This document shows positions 27,673-35,780 of a DNA stretch of 43,862 nucleotides, one piece after another. The translations under genes were made by a program, and so were the position numbers. Within the stretch, counting starts at the first letter, position 1; each line of letters begins with the position of its first letter. The notes beneath the pieces are model-generated. The model was not told the origin of the DNA. It saw only the letters and a list, made by a program, of their open reading frames with translations, and did not search any database. The DNA is from a virus (taxonomy: Duplodnaviria; Caudoviricetes), in the IMG/VR virus record IMGVR_UViG_3300037483_000078, positions 1-43,862 of that record; one strand, written 5' to 3'.

Positions 27673-28375
27673 TTGGCTTCGCCTTGGCCTTCGTCTCGGG
27701 AGCGTCGTCATCGGCCGGGGCGTCTTCAGCTTCGTAGCCGCCCTCTTCCGTGTCGAACCCATAGTCTTCCGCGCGTCCACCGCTCGACACCAGCTTGAAG
27801 ACAGCAACCGCTTGCAGGCGCAGCGATACACCACAACCAGCGATGGAGGTGGAGAACGGAACCATCTGGAAGGCAACCTGCACTTCGCTGCCGCCGTGGA
27901 TTGCCACGCGACCGACGATGGGCTTGCCGGAGGCGTCGAACAGCTTCGGCTTCTGCGTGAACGGGTCGCCGTTCTTCGGTTTGACGAGCGCCTTCATCTT
28001 GAAGGTGAGGTCAACCTCCCCCGTCTCTTGGTTCTGGTCATTGAAGACCTTCGCGTAGGGGGTGGACTCGACGATGCCCGTGATGGTGGCGGTCTTGCCC
28101 TTGGCAGCTTTCGTCTCGACCAGCTTGCCGGCCTTGCGGTAGGCTTCCGCCATCTTGGCGTTACCCTGCACCTCTTCCAGCGCTTCCGGCATCTTCTTCG
28201 CGATGGCCTCGTCGATCATCTCGATGATCGGAGCGGCAGCCTTCTCGCTGAGACGCAGCTTGATGCGGTACTCGCCATCAGCGTTGTACTTCGTGTCGGG
28301 CTTGGTCAGCCACGGGTATATTGCGGTGCCCTTCGGCGTCTTGTGTGTCGCCAATTTCTCTTTCTTAGCAGCCAT
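27644..28375 (-). CDS. Single-stranded DNA-binding protein (gp2.5-like)
   Basis: TPKG...YPWL.KPD.KY...GEY, P.LFDA.G, GGS, GVSLRL.AV and an acidic tail ending in DF. Confidence 0.93.
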   Translation of the reverse strand: MAAKKEKLATHKTPKGTAIYPWLTKPDTKYNADGEYRIKLRLSEKAAAPIIEMIDEAIAKKMPEALEEVQGNAKMAEAYRKAGKLVETKAAKGKTATITGIVESTPYAKVFNDQNQETGEVDLTFKMKALVKPKNGDPFTQKPKLFDASGKPIVGRVAIHGGSEVQVAFQMVPFSTSIAGCGVSLRLQAVAVFKLVSSGGRAEDYGFDTEEGGYEAEDAPADDDAPETKAKAKPSGEDESADF

Positions 28376-28529
28376 CGTTTTCATGCTCCTCAAATTCGTG
28401 TTCGAGTTTGTCCACGTCCAGACCGGCGTTCGTCATCTCGAAGAACAGGTCCATCGGTAGGGGTTCGCCTGTACGCCAGACGTTGCGGGCTCGGTAGGTG
28501 AGCCACTCGTGATAGGTTGTGTTAGTCAT
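28365..28529 (-). CDS. Small conserved protein
   Basis: A...W..G..LP.DL...M...G.DV..LE pattern; AGGA RBS before MTNT. Confidence 0.6.
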   Translation of the reverse strand: MTNTTYHEWLTYRARNVWRTGEPLPMDLFFEMTNAGLDVDKLEHEFEEHENDGC

Positions 28530-28803
28530 GTCGTATATCCTGCACACCTTGTTGCCAGAATCGGCGGCTCTTCTCCTGCTTCCCTTGGTGCGGCGTGTAC
28601 TTGCTTCGATCATGCTTCGCCAAGAACCGGAGACGGTCGATCATCTTGGGAACATCCACGCACACCCCTTCCGATGCGGCCAGGATGTTCAGTTCGACCG
28701 CACTCACTAAGCACACCGGCTTGGCGGCGAGATACTCGACTTTGCGACGCGCTTCGGCGAGAGCGTTGCGGGCGAGGCGGTAACGGAGGATGTTGTAGTT
28801 CAT
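28522..28803 (-). CDS. Hypothetical protein
   Basis: 93 aa, ATGA coupling; KY.PHQG..E..RR tail. Confidence 0.55.
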   Translation of the reverse strand: MNYNILRYRLARNALAEARRKVEYLAAKPVCLVSAVELNILAASEGVCVDVPKMIDRLRFLAKHDRSKYTPHQGKQEKSRRFWQQGVQDIRHD

Positions 28804-29066
28804 TGGCGAACCCCCGGTATACTGGACGGCGCGGCGTCAACCACTGCGTTGTAAACATCATCGAGGAGTTGTCCACCGTGGATAGCTAACGAACGCGTGC
28901 TGGTGTCCCCGATGTGGCGCGAGCCCAGCAACAGGGACTCACACTTCTCGAAAGAGAGTCGGCCAAGAATGGCAAGCAGGCTCTGTGCGTCATAGACGTT
29001 CTCAAGAACCATCGTCACCGTGATGGCCTGAAACCCAGGGTTGTTGGTAGTGGCTGTCACCTTCAT
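28800..29066 (-). CDS. Hypothetical protein
   Basis: 88 aa, ATGA coupling. Confidence 0.6.
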   Translation of the reverse strand: MKVTATTNNPGFQAITVTMVLENVYDAQSLLAILGRLSFEKCESLLLGSRHIGDTSTRSLAIHGGQLLDDVYNAVVDAAPSSIPGVRQ

Positions 29067-29341
29067 TTCACAAGCTCCTGTCGGATGTACTCGCGTACTG
29101 CGAACATGGTTGATCGGTCGTTCCGGTTCTCGGCGTCGTTGAGGATGCGCTCGGCAACCTCAAGCATCCGCCGTTCATCCAGCCCGAACTCTTGGCACAG
29201 CATCAGGAACAGGATGCCCATCACCTGCACCTGGGTGGCTCGGCCGACGTTTTGGAGTCGGTCTATCATGGCGAACGCCATGCCCTCGACATCGGGTAGG
29301 CGGGCCGACATCATCTGGTCAACATCGACAGCAGGGGGCAT
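29063..29341 (-). CDS. Conserved small helical protein after the RNAP gene
   Basis: GAGGAG RBS; first gene after the promoter at 29369-29393. Confidence 0.7.
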   Translation of the reverse strand: MPPAVDVDQMMSARLPDVEGMAFAMIDRLQNVGRATQVQVMGILFLMLCQEFGLDERRMLEVAERILNDAENRNDRSTMFAVREYIRQELVK

Positions 29342-29368
29342 GGTGACTCCTCGGGTTTGGTTTGTTCT

Positions 29369-29393
29369 TCCTAGGGTCCGCCAAGCGTGCTAC
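29369..29393 (-). promoter_or_regulatory. Putative phage RNAP promoter (replication operon)
   Basis: GTAGCACGCTTGGCGGACCCTAGGA, just downstream of the RNAP gene. Confidence 0.8.
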
Positions 29394-29462
29394 GAGCACC
29401 CACGGGGAGAGAGAATTGTCTTCTTCATGCTGTCCTCGAATTGATTGCGTTAGTGGATAGCT

Positions 29463-31997
29463 CTAGGCAAAGAAATACGCCGCCTCTCTGACACCCTCTA
29501 AATCCAGAGTACCCATCGGCGGTGGCCGCTTGATCTTCTCAGCAAGTTCCGGCGGCAGTTGCTCCACCAGTTGGGCCATGAAGTCCCCAAGCACGTCGCC
29601 GCTGTACTGCTCAATGAACGCCTCCCGCAGCAGGGCCGACATCGTGTCACCATCAGCCGCAGGACAACCATAGCTGTCATGCACCATAGCGAACTCTGTC
29701 ATCCCCGCATCGAGGCACTTGTTCAACGTGAGCATCATGTGACTGGCGTCCATAGAGTGGACGAAGTTCGGCGCGATGCCCTGCGCTTGCTTTCGCCTGT
29801 CCAGTTCATCAGTAGGCATTTCGATGCTGGTCTCTACACGCGCTTGACCAATGCGCGACTTAACCACCTTGAGCACCATCTTGTTGTAGGACTGAAGCAC
29901 CGGGAACCCGACGGGAGTGAACCACCGCACCGGCAGGTTGTCACTCGCAACAACGCGGGCGGTTTCCTGTAACCAATCCATAGCTTGTCGCGCTGCCACA
30001 ACCACGTCCCCAATAGCGTCATATGTAACCCGAGACAAATACAACGACGCCATGAACGGGTCATCTCCTTCCAGGTAGGGCCGGCCGTTCTCCTCGGTTG
30101 ACTTCCGCAGTTCCTCGACGATCTGTCCACGCATACCATACTGCTTGCACCCATACGGCAGCGTCATCACGTTGCGCTTCACAATCTTCCGCGTGACCTT
30201 ACCAAACCACTGCTCGGCCAACTTCTTAGTGTCATCATCCCCCGCCATCACATCCGCCGCCACTACGAGAGACACACGGTCAGCCACACGCCGGTAAACA
30301 TCTTGAGGCTTCTCGCTCGGCGTGAGGTTGGTCGCGGCTCCACCCTCGGGGTCACGCAGCATGGCGCTAAAGTTTTGTAGCCCGTTGCATGAACCATCGA
30401 ACGCGATGGGTAAGCGTGACTCATAGCTGTTCCCCTGTAGCACATAGCCCGCCCACTCAAAACAGAACGCGAGTGCTTGGTACGGCTTCTCAGCATCACA
30501 CCACAGGCGCTGTCCATCGAGCGGGTTCATGGCACTATCGAGAATCAACTCTTGATTCTCCTCAACCCACGCTACCCGCTCGTCAAACGCCACCTTGTCC
30601 ACACCCCACAAGTTGGCCCCATGCACCGCCAACCAGTACGCCCCGTTCTCACCGAGCGCCTTACCATGTGCGAATTGCAGCAGGGCACGACCCGTATCGT
30701 CCCCTTGTGGGTTCACGAGGGACGGCACCGGGTACGCTCGGCTCCGCCAATCAAGGACGTGTGGGAAGTAAATCTCCTCGAACTCCACAAACTTCCCAGC
30801 GATGAACAGCTTCTGTGAGATAGAGAAACGCTTCGACCTGGCACGAGCGTGTGCGTCGTAGATACCAGCCGCTTGACGTTTCCAACCACGGCGCGCGTCC
30901 TCGTTGGTGTCAATGTCAAGGGGCTTCTGCGGGAGTGATACTTTACCCTGCGTCGGCAGCTTGCCCATCGACCCACCGCTCTCCCACACCTGCTTGAGCA
31001 CCGCGAGCACACCGGGGTTGATACGCCACGCGGTGTCTTGTAGGGAGTTCAACGCTCGATACACGAGCGGCATGTCGGTCAGCTTCAGCTCCTCGATGTA
31101 GTCCCGGTTCCGAGTCTTCACCAGCTTGAGCCGGAGCCCACGCATCTTGAGGTAGCCGCCCCCATACACGGAGGCCCACGGCTTCGGTTTCACAACCATT
31201 GGGAGGTACATCGGAGATAGAAGCTCACACTCCGTGTGCGCCTCCTGTATCCACTCCACCGCCATGTCCGTCCCTTGAAGATACAACATGGTTTTGTGCT
31301 TCCCCTCAGTCTGGCAAAAAATCTCAACCAACCCCGTTGTCTGAATCATCAGGTCAATGAGCAGTTCACCCACACGCACACGCTCGGTGGGAGTCCATCC
31401 AATATCACTTATCCCCGCTTTTCGCTTTTGCATCATCATCACGGTGCGGCGGTGGTGGACGTTTGGTTTCTTTTTCAACGACTCCCATACCTTGCGGTAT
31501 AGCGCCGGGGCTTTCGCTTCAAACCGATTGTATTCAACCTCGTCTCGAATGAGAGTCCCTATGTCGAGCGAGACACTCTGAAGGCGGGCGCGGTTCGCCA
31601 TAGCGTTGATACAGCACCGTGCAGTAATGAAGGCCAATACATCCGGTTCAATACGCCAGCGGGCGCTTTTATGTATCAATCCTAGTCGCTCTGACCTCGA
31701 TTTAGGGCGGCTCTTTTTCTGAGATTTATATCTGACCAGCTTCTCGACCACACGTGCTCGTTTTCCGGGGCTACCTTCGAGGGTGTTAATAACCCACTCT
31801 TCGATGGACTTAGTCAGCGGCTCAACCACGATAGAGGTCAGCCTCAAGCCGGGCGGGAGTTCACCCTCCGGGTACTTGAGACGGTCGGCGCGGTACTTCT
31901 CAATGCCGAGGGACACGCTCTCGTCTTCGAGGGCTAATTGTCTGTCCCTAAGAGTTGACTCAAGGTGTCCACTGGTTCTGACATTCAAATCTGACAT
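29463..31997 (-). CDS. Single-subunit DNA-directed RNA polymerase (T7 gp1-like)
   Basis: D.R.R.YP, DGSCNGLQ (motif A), RK.VKRNVMT.PYG (motif B), PNFVHS.DA and HDSY (motif C). Confidence 0.98.
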   Translation of the reverse strand: MSDLNVRTSGHLESTLRDRQLALEDESVSLGIEKYRADRLKYPEGELPPGLRLTSIVVEPLTKSIEEWVINTLEGSPGKRARVVEKLVRYKSQKKSRPKSRSERLGLIHKSARWRIEPDVLAFITARCCINAMANRARLQSVSLDIGTLIRDEVEYNRFEAKAPALYRKVWESLKKKPNVHHRRTVMMMQKRKAGISDIGWTPTERVRVGELLIDLMIQTTGLVEIFCQTEGKHKTMLYLQGTDMAVEWIQEAHTECELLSPMYLPMVVKPKPWASVYGGGYLKMRGLRLKLVKTRNRDYIEELKLTDMPLVYRALNSLQDTAWRINPGVLAVLKQVWESGGSMGKLPTQGKVSLPQKPLDIDTNEDARRGWKRQAAGIYDAHARARSKRFSISQKLFIAGKFVEFEEIYFPHVLDWRSRAYPVPSLVNPQGDDTGRALLQFAHGKALGENGAYWLAVHGANLWGVDKVAFDERVAWVEENQELILDSAMNPLDGQRLWCDAEKPYQALAFCFEWAGYVLQGNSYESRLPIAFDGSCNGLQNFSAMLRDPEGGAATNLTPSEKPQDVYRRVADRVSLVVAADVMAGDDDTKKLAEQWFGKVTRKIVKRNVMTLPYGCKQYGMRGQIVEELRKSTEENGRPYLEGDDPFMASLYLSRVTYDAIGDVVVAARQAMDWLQETARVVASDNLPVRWFTPVGFPVLQSYNKMVLKVVKSRIGQARVETSIEMPTDELDRRKQAQGIAPNFVHSMDASHMMLTLNKCLDAGMTEFAMVHDSYGCPAADGDTMSALLREAFIEQYSGDVLGDFMAQLVEQLPPELAEKIKRPPPMGTLDLEGVREAAYFFA

Positions 31998-32043
31998 ACT
32001 CGCGTCCTCCTCATAACAGTTGCGTGAGCGGATAATTCAGAGC

Positions 32044-32078
32044 AAAAAATAAACCTCGCGCGGTTCAGGCGTGAGGCT
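32044..32078 (-). terminator. Intrinsic terminator just upstream of the RNAP gene
   Basis: CCTCACGC-ctgaacc-GCGCGAGG followed by TTTATTTTTT on the minus strand (one mismatch in the stem). Confidence 0.7.
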
Positions 32079-32225
32079 CAACTCTCTAAGGGATATACTT
32101 AGTGTTTGACTAAGTGTATTCCTATGTGTTTTCTCTTAGTTGAAGTATGTAGTGTATCTCATAGTGTAGAACTCCATGACTCTTTTAGTTACCCCATATA
32201 TATTCCCGAGTTCTCCTTCCGGTTC

Positions 32226-32250
32226 TCCTAGGGTCCGCCGAACGCGCTAC
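32226..32250 (-). promoter_or_regulatory. Putative phage RNAP promoter upstream of the RNAP gene
   Basis: GTAGCGCGTTCGGCGGACCCTAGGA, continuing GAACC. Confidence 0.75.
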
Positions 32251-32251
32251 A

Positions 32252-32284
32252 AAGGACACCAGCCACGACACACTCTACGACACA
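32252..32284. repeat. Putative integrase arm-type sites, RNAP-side arm
   Basis: aaGGACACcagccaCGACACactctaCGACACa; a similar triad lies at 32453-32484. Confidence 0.6.
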
Positions 32285-32316
32285 TGGGAAGGGTGGCTCT
32301 AAGACCATGCGCTAAG

Positions 32317-33468
32317 TCACTGTTTAGAAGTGGTGCGAATGGGGAGACTCGGACTCCCACGGGTTTCCCCACTGGAACCTAAATCCAGCGCGTGGGTGAT
32401 GGCTTCGGGAGACGCTGCCCCCAAGCTCGGAAAGCGTTGCCCTTCGCTACCCAAGGACACAAGCTGCAACACACCCACGCCACAACCCTGAAGCGCTTTA
32501 ATTGCGTCGGTGTAGTTCCCCATATCCAGGTGGGCGTACCGTTCCGTCGTCGTGATGGACGCGTGCCCGAGTAGCTGCTGAACAACGTAAAGAGGTACGC
32601 CAGCCTGAACCAAGCGGGAAGCAAACGTGTGACGCAGACAGTGGATGGTGTACTCCTTGTCGGTGATACCTTGCGCCTTCTTCATCCAGTTCCACGCCTC
32701 GTCGGCTTGGTAGCGGGTGAACGTGAAAGGCCGACTCATCCACCCATCCAAAATCGAGAGCACGGTTTGGGTCATCGGTACGGAGCGCGGCTTGCCACCC
32801 TTCGACTTCCACACGCGTAATGCGCGGTTCGTACAGTCCATCTCTGTGTGTCCCGGCACGCCAATGTGAAGCCCTTCCGTGAGGCGTAGTCCGGTGTCCA
32901 CCAGCACCATAAAGAAACTTGCCATGTTCCTCCCGTAGTGGTGGAGCAGCAAGTCGAACCCTTGGGACTGCTCCTCGGGTGTGATGATGCGTGTGCGCCC
33001 CTCGCTCTCCTCCTCCTGCTTCACATACGGGACGGACTTGAGGACGCCCCATGATCTGTACGCCAGGGTGAGCAACGTGTGCACGCAGGACATCTTGCGG
33101 TTGATCGTGGCGGGTGAGTTCCCGAGGTCTCGGAGCGCGGTCTTCAGTTTCCACAGCATGGCCGAGTCCACCGCCACGAGTGGGGTGTTGTTCCCGAGGG
33201 CGGCGCATACTGCCTTGGCGTTGATTGCTACAGTACTCTCGGACGCCTTACCAATCCAATGCTCGTTCAGCGCCTTGTCGAACGCAGCGCGTAGCGTGAG
33301 CGAACCACCCACGATGATGCTATACGTCCCGGTCTCTACTTGGTGGCGCAGGTTGCGCTCGAACTTCTGCGCGTCGGCCTTGTGGCTGGTGCCGGTGGTG
33401 GCTCGGACACGCTGTCCGTTCACCACCACGTCGGCGTGGTAGATGCTTCTGCGGAGTTTGATGCTCAT
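32317..33468 (-). CDS. int: Tyrosine recombinase / integrase
   Basis: TINRK, DTGLRLTE (R), SKGGK.R (K), HCLRHTFASRL (HxxR), LLGH and TT.RYAH (Y); start MSIK at 33468. Confidence 0.96.
   Translation of the reverse strand: MSIKLRRSIYHADVVVNGQRVRATTGTSHKADAQKFERNLRHQVETGTYSIIVGGSLTLRAAFDKALNEHWIGKASESTVAINAKAVCAALGNNTPLVAVDSAMLWKLKTALRDLGNSPATINRKMSCVHTLLTLAYRSWGVLKSVPYVKQEEESEGRTRIITPEEQSQGFDLLLHHYGRNMASFFMVLVDTGLRLTEGLHIGVPGHTEMDCTNRALRVWKSKGGKPRSVPMTQTVLSILDGWMSRPFTFTRYQADEAWNWMKKAQGITDKEYTIHCLRHTFASRLVQAGVPLYVVQQLLGHASITTTERYAHLDMGNYTDAIKALQGCGVGVLQLVSLGSEGQRFPSLGAASPEAITHALDLGSSGETRGSPSLPIRTTSKQ
32331..32393 (-). other. attP core: 3' 63 nt of a tRNA-Leu(UAG) gene
   Basis: ACGCGCTGGATTTAGGTTCCAGTGGGGAAACCCGTGGGAGTCCGAGTCTCCCCATTCGCACCA: anticodon arm (TAG), long variable arm, T arm and CCA; the 5' acceptor strand is absent. 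Confidence 0.9.
32453..32484. repeat. Putative integrase arm-type sites, int-side arm
   Basis: aaGGACACaagctgCAACACacccaCGCCACa, an imperfect direct repeat of 32252-32284; both are closely preceded by cgctac. Confidence 0.55.
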
Positions 33469-33626
33469 GCCCCACTCCATATGGCCCAAGCAATATATGC
33501 GAAAAACCCAAAGAAAAACACCATCCCCAGCATTTCCCAAATGGCGATGCCAACCCCGCGCCACCCATTCCAGAAACGGTTGTGGGGATTAAACGCACCT
33601 GCCCAAACTTTAAGGTGTATGTTCAT
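33465..33626 (-). CDS. 53-aa membrane protein (not in the ORF track)
   Basis: MNIHLKVWAGAFNPHNRFWNGWRGVGIAIWEMLGMVFFFGFFAYIAWAIWSGA*; ATGA overlaps with both marR and int; AGGAGG RBS. Confidence 0.7.
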   Translation of the reverse strand: MNIHLKVWAGAFNPHNRFWNGWRGVGIAIWEMLGMVFFFGFFAYIAWAIWSGA

Positions 33627-34003
33627 GTACTTTTCCTCCTTTCCACACGGGCAACCACATGGGTGAACCTCGCAGCCAACTCCGCGAGTAGCTTCTCACC
33701 CTTTGGCGTCATCCGCATAACTTTCCGGCGGCGTTCCATCGGGTCTTCCGTGGCGGCAATCATGTCCAGGCCCGGCTCTCCCTTGGAATACAGCCGCCCC
33801 AAGATGGCCGCGTTCCTACTCATGGCCGCCTGCGATATGCCGATCTTCTTCAACGCCTCCGTCATTGTGATGCCCGGCTCCATGTCCACAATGAGCAAGG
33901 TCAACAATGTTTGTAGCTGCATCTCCGGGTCTAACTCCGCCCGGATTACTTGCAGAGTCTCGAAGAGAACCTCCGCTACCTCTTTGTGTTGCATCGTTGT
34001 CAC
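33623..34003 (-). CDS. MarR-family winged-helix regulator (probable repressor)
   Basis: L..V...PGITM.E....GISQAAMSRN...L...EDP.ERRRK...MTPKG..L; start may be MQHK at 33994. Confidence 0.9.
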   Translation of the reverse strand: MTTMQHKEVAEVLFETLQVIRAELDPEMQLQTLLTLLIVDMEPGITMTEALKKIGISQAAMSRNAAILGRLYSKGEPGLDMIAATEDPMERRRKVMRMTPKGEKLLAELAARFTHVVARVERRKST

Positions 34004-34280
34004 TCCTAGGCAGTACGCACGAGATAATTATTTCGCGTCTGCCGGTTTGTATGATAGTTGTTGTGCCGTCTCGTTCGACTTTGAACTCCGTCCTTGGGGT
34101 GCGCTCTCCAATAAACACTTCGTACTTTCCCGCCTGTATATATCTACTTCCACCAATTTTTTCAAACCGCACGTTATGGTTTCCTTTGGTTTTGCCCAAG
34201 CTGTCGTGGTGCCCGCCCACGTTGGCCGACCCAGGCTGATAGCACTATGCACTGTCGTGATGTTTGCGTCCAGCATTTGT

Positions 34281-34541
34281 TCAGCCCGTGAGGTAACGCT
34301 TCGCCCGCTCCGTGATTCCGAAGCGCTTGCCCATTTCAATGAACTGTGCTACGGCCTTCTTGCTCTGTGCCTCGTCGAAGAACGTGAAGTTAACCTCGTC
34401 GTCAGCGGGGTGTTGACGGACATCGAGGCCGGAACTATCCGGCACGATAACCTTCAAGCGCTTGCCATCTGCGGACTCGCCCACGATCAGGGCCATGCGG
34501 TAGCCCTCGTCGTACAGGCGTACTAGCTTTGGCTTTGCCAT
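34281..34541 (-). CDS. Hypothetical early protein
   Basis: AAGGAGG RBS before MAKPK. Confidence 0.65.
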   Translation of the reverse strand: MAKPKLVRLYDEGYRMALIVGESADGKRLKVIVPDSSGLDVRQHPADDEVNFTFFDEAQSKKAVAQFIEMGKRFGITERAKRYLTG

Positions 34542-34729
34542 TTCACACCTCCTTTTGATTGATAGCTCGGCAACCCATGCCACACCTCAATGGTGCGGGT
34601 GCCGAACGATAGTTGAATGAACGGTGCCCGGAGACACGGCCAGTACCCAAAGCACACGCCATACCGAATGACGTGTGTACCTTCCGGGCTCTGAGTTGTG
34701 CGCCGGACACCCACGCGTAGCTTTCTCAT
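34523..34729 (-). CDS. Hypothetical early protein
   Basis: 68 aa; overlaps both neighbours. Confidence 0.55.
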   Translation of the reverse strand: MRKLRVGVRRTTQSPEGTHVIRYGVCFGYWPCLRAPFIQLSFGTRTIEVWHGLPSYQSKGGVKWQSQS

Positions 34730-34911
34730 GTTTGTTCGCCCGCGTGTTCTGCAACATAGTCCAGCGCATCCTCACGCGATTCCGCATCAAACGGGAGCAC
34801 CACCTGTGCGACAAAGGGAGACTCGCGGGCCTCTTGAATGTCGAGCGGGTCGAAGTAACGCTTCGCCTGGACGCTGCCGTTGGTGTGAATGTAACCCCAC
34901 CACTTGTTCAT
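34726..34911 (-). CDS. Hypothetical early protein
   Basis: WWGY.H.NG..Q.KRYF pattern; ATGA coupling. Confidence 0.65.
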   Translation of the reverse strand: MNKWWGYIHTNGSVQAKRYFDPLDIQEARESPFVAQVVLPFDAESREDALDYVAEHAGEQT

Positions 34912-35549
34912 CGTCTGTCCTCCCGCACCCGCACAAAGCGTGGGTGCCTGAACTTACCGGCAGGTGTCAGTGACATACACTCCACCTCAATGACGGTTCC
35001 CAGTGGAATGTTGTTGAACGCTTCCCGCTGCGCGTCGGTGAACCCGGTGCCAACCTTGCCCATACTTGTGAGCAACGCACCCATGCGCCCGGTGTGTTTG
35101 CCCGTACCTGGCTGAATGTCCGTGACATGCACGTCGTGGGTTTCCTTGTTCTTCACCTTCACGAGTTCGCCCGTTATCACATTACACAGCACCAGCCCCT
35201 CGTACCCATCAGCCAGCGCCCGTGCCATCTCGCGCTTGATCTTCTCCGCCGTAGGGTTCTCGTACACACCAATCACTAGCCGGTTGTCTACTGGCTGCAA
35301 CTGGTACAGGCACTCCGTGTCAATCTGCTCGCCGTCCATCGTACGACACGCACTGACCGACTTCTCCCACGACCCCAGGAAAATCTCATACACACCATCC
35401 GGTATGCGCGGCAGGTTGTGGAGCGGCTTGTCTGCGCGACTCATCGCTACGCCGTCCACAATATGCACGCGCACGCCGTCGATCTTGTGCGAGAACTCCC
35501 ACCTACCGGATAGGCCGGTGCCTTTCCATGTTGAGAATTTCATGCTCAC
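34908..35549 (-). CDS. Minimal ATP-dependent DNA ligase
   Basis: KIDGVR adenylation motif, GYEGLVL, KVK, G.GK..G.MGAL, VGTGF.D..R and RHP.F OB-fold motifs. Confidence 0.88.
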   Translation of the reverse strand: MSMKFSTWKGTGLSGRWEFSHKIDGVRVHIVDGVAMSRADKPLHNLPRIPDGVYEIFLGSWEKSVSACRTMDGEQIDTECLYQLQPVDNRLVIGVYENPTAEKIKREMARALADGYEGLVLCNVITGELVKVKNKETHDVHVTDIQPGTGKHTGRMGALLTSMGKVGTGFTDAQREAFNNIPLGTVIEVECMSLTPAGKFRHPRFVRVREDRR

Positions 35550-35779
35550 TCTCCTTCAAGTTCTGCTGCGTAGTGAATCGCCGAGCCCCCAACAGCGTCG
35601 TTGAAGTCCAGCCCCTTCTGCCCGCAGTAGTGGCGCAGGTCTGTCAGTAAGTCCACGAGGGCGGTCGTGCGGTCTTCGCCAATGCTGAGATAGGTCGCCA
35701 TCGCTAGTACCTCCTCGGCACGCTTGGCGCGGGCCTTGTTGCGTGCCTTTGCTGTTACGGTTCGGGTTGCAGTGCCCAT
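35546..35779 (-). CDS. Small helical early protein, paralog 2
   Basis: DLLTDLRHYC...GLDF......A.HY..E. Confidence 0.7.
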   Translation of the reverse strand: MGTATRTVTAKARNKARAKRAEEVLAMATYLSIGEDRTTALVDLLTDLRHYCGQKGLDFNDAVGGSAIHYAAELEGE

Positions 35780-35780
35780 G

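Noticed and set aside
32331-32420. Complete tRNA-Leu gene
   Set aside because: The 5' acceptor strand (expected GCGAATG) and most of the D arm are missing, so this is an att fragment
33816-34220. Minus-strand ORF overlapping marR (possible GTG start near 34172)
   Set aside because: The 5' part has an RBS and may be real, but it overlaps marR by about 190 nt in another frame and has no motif, so it was not called
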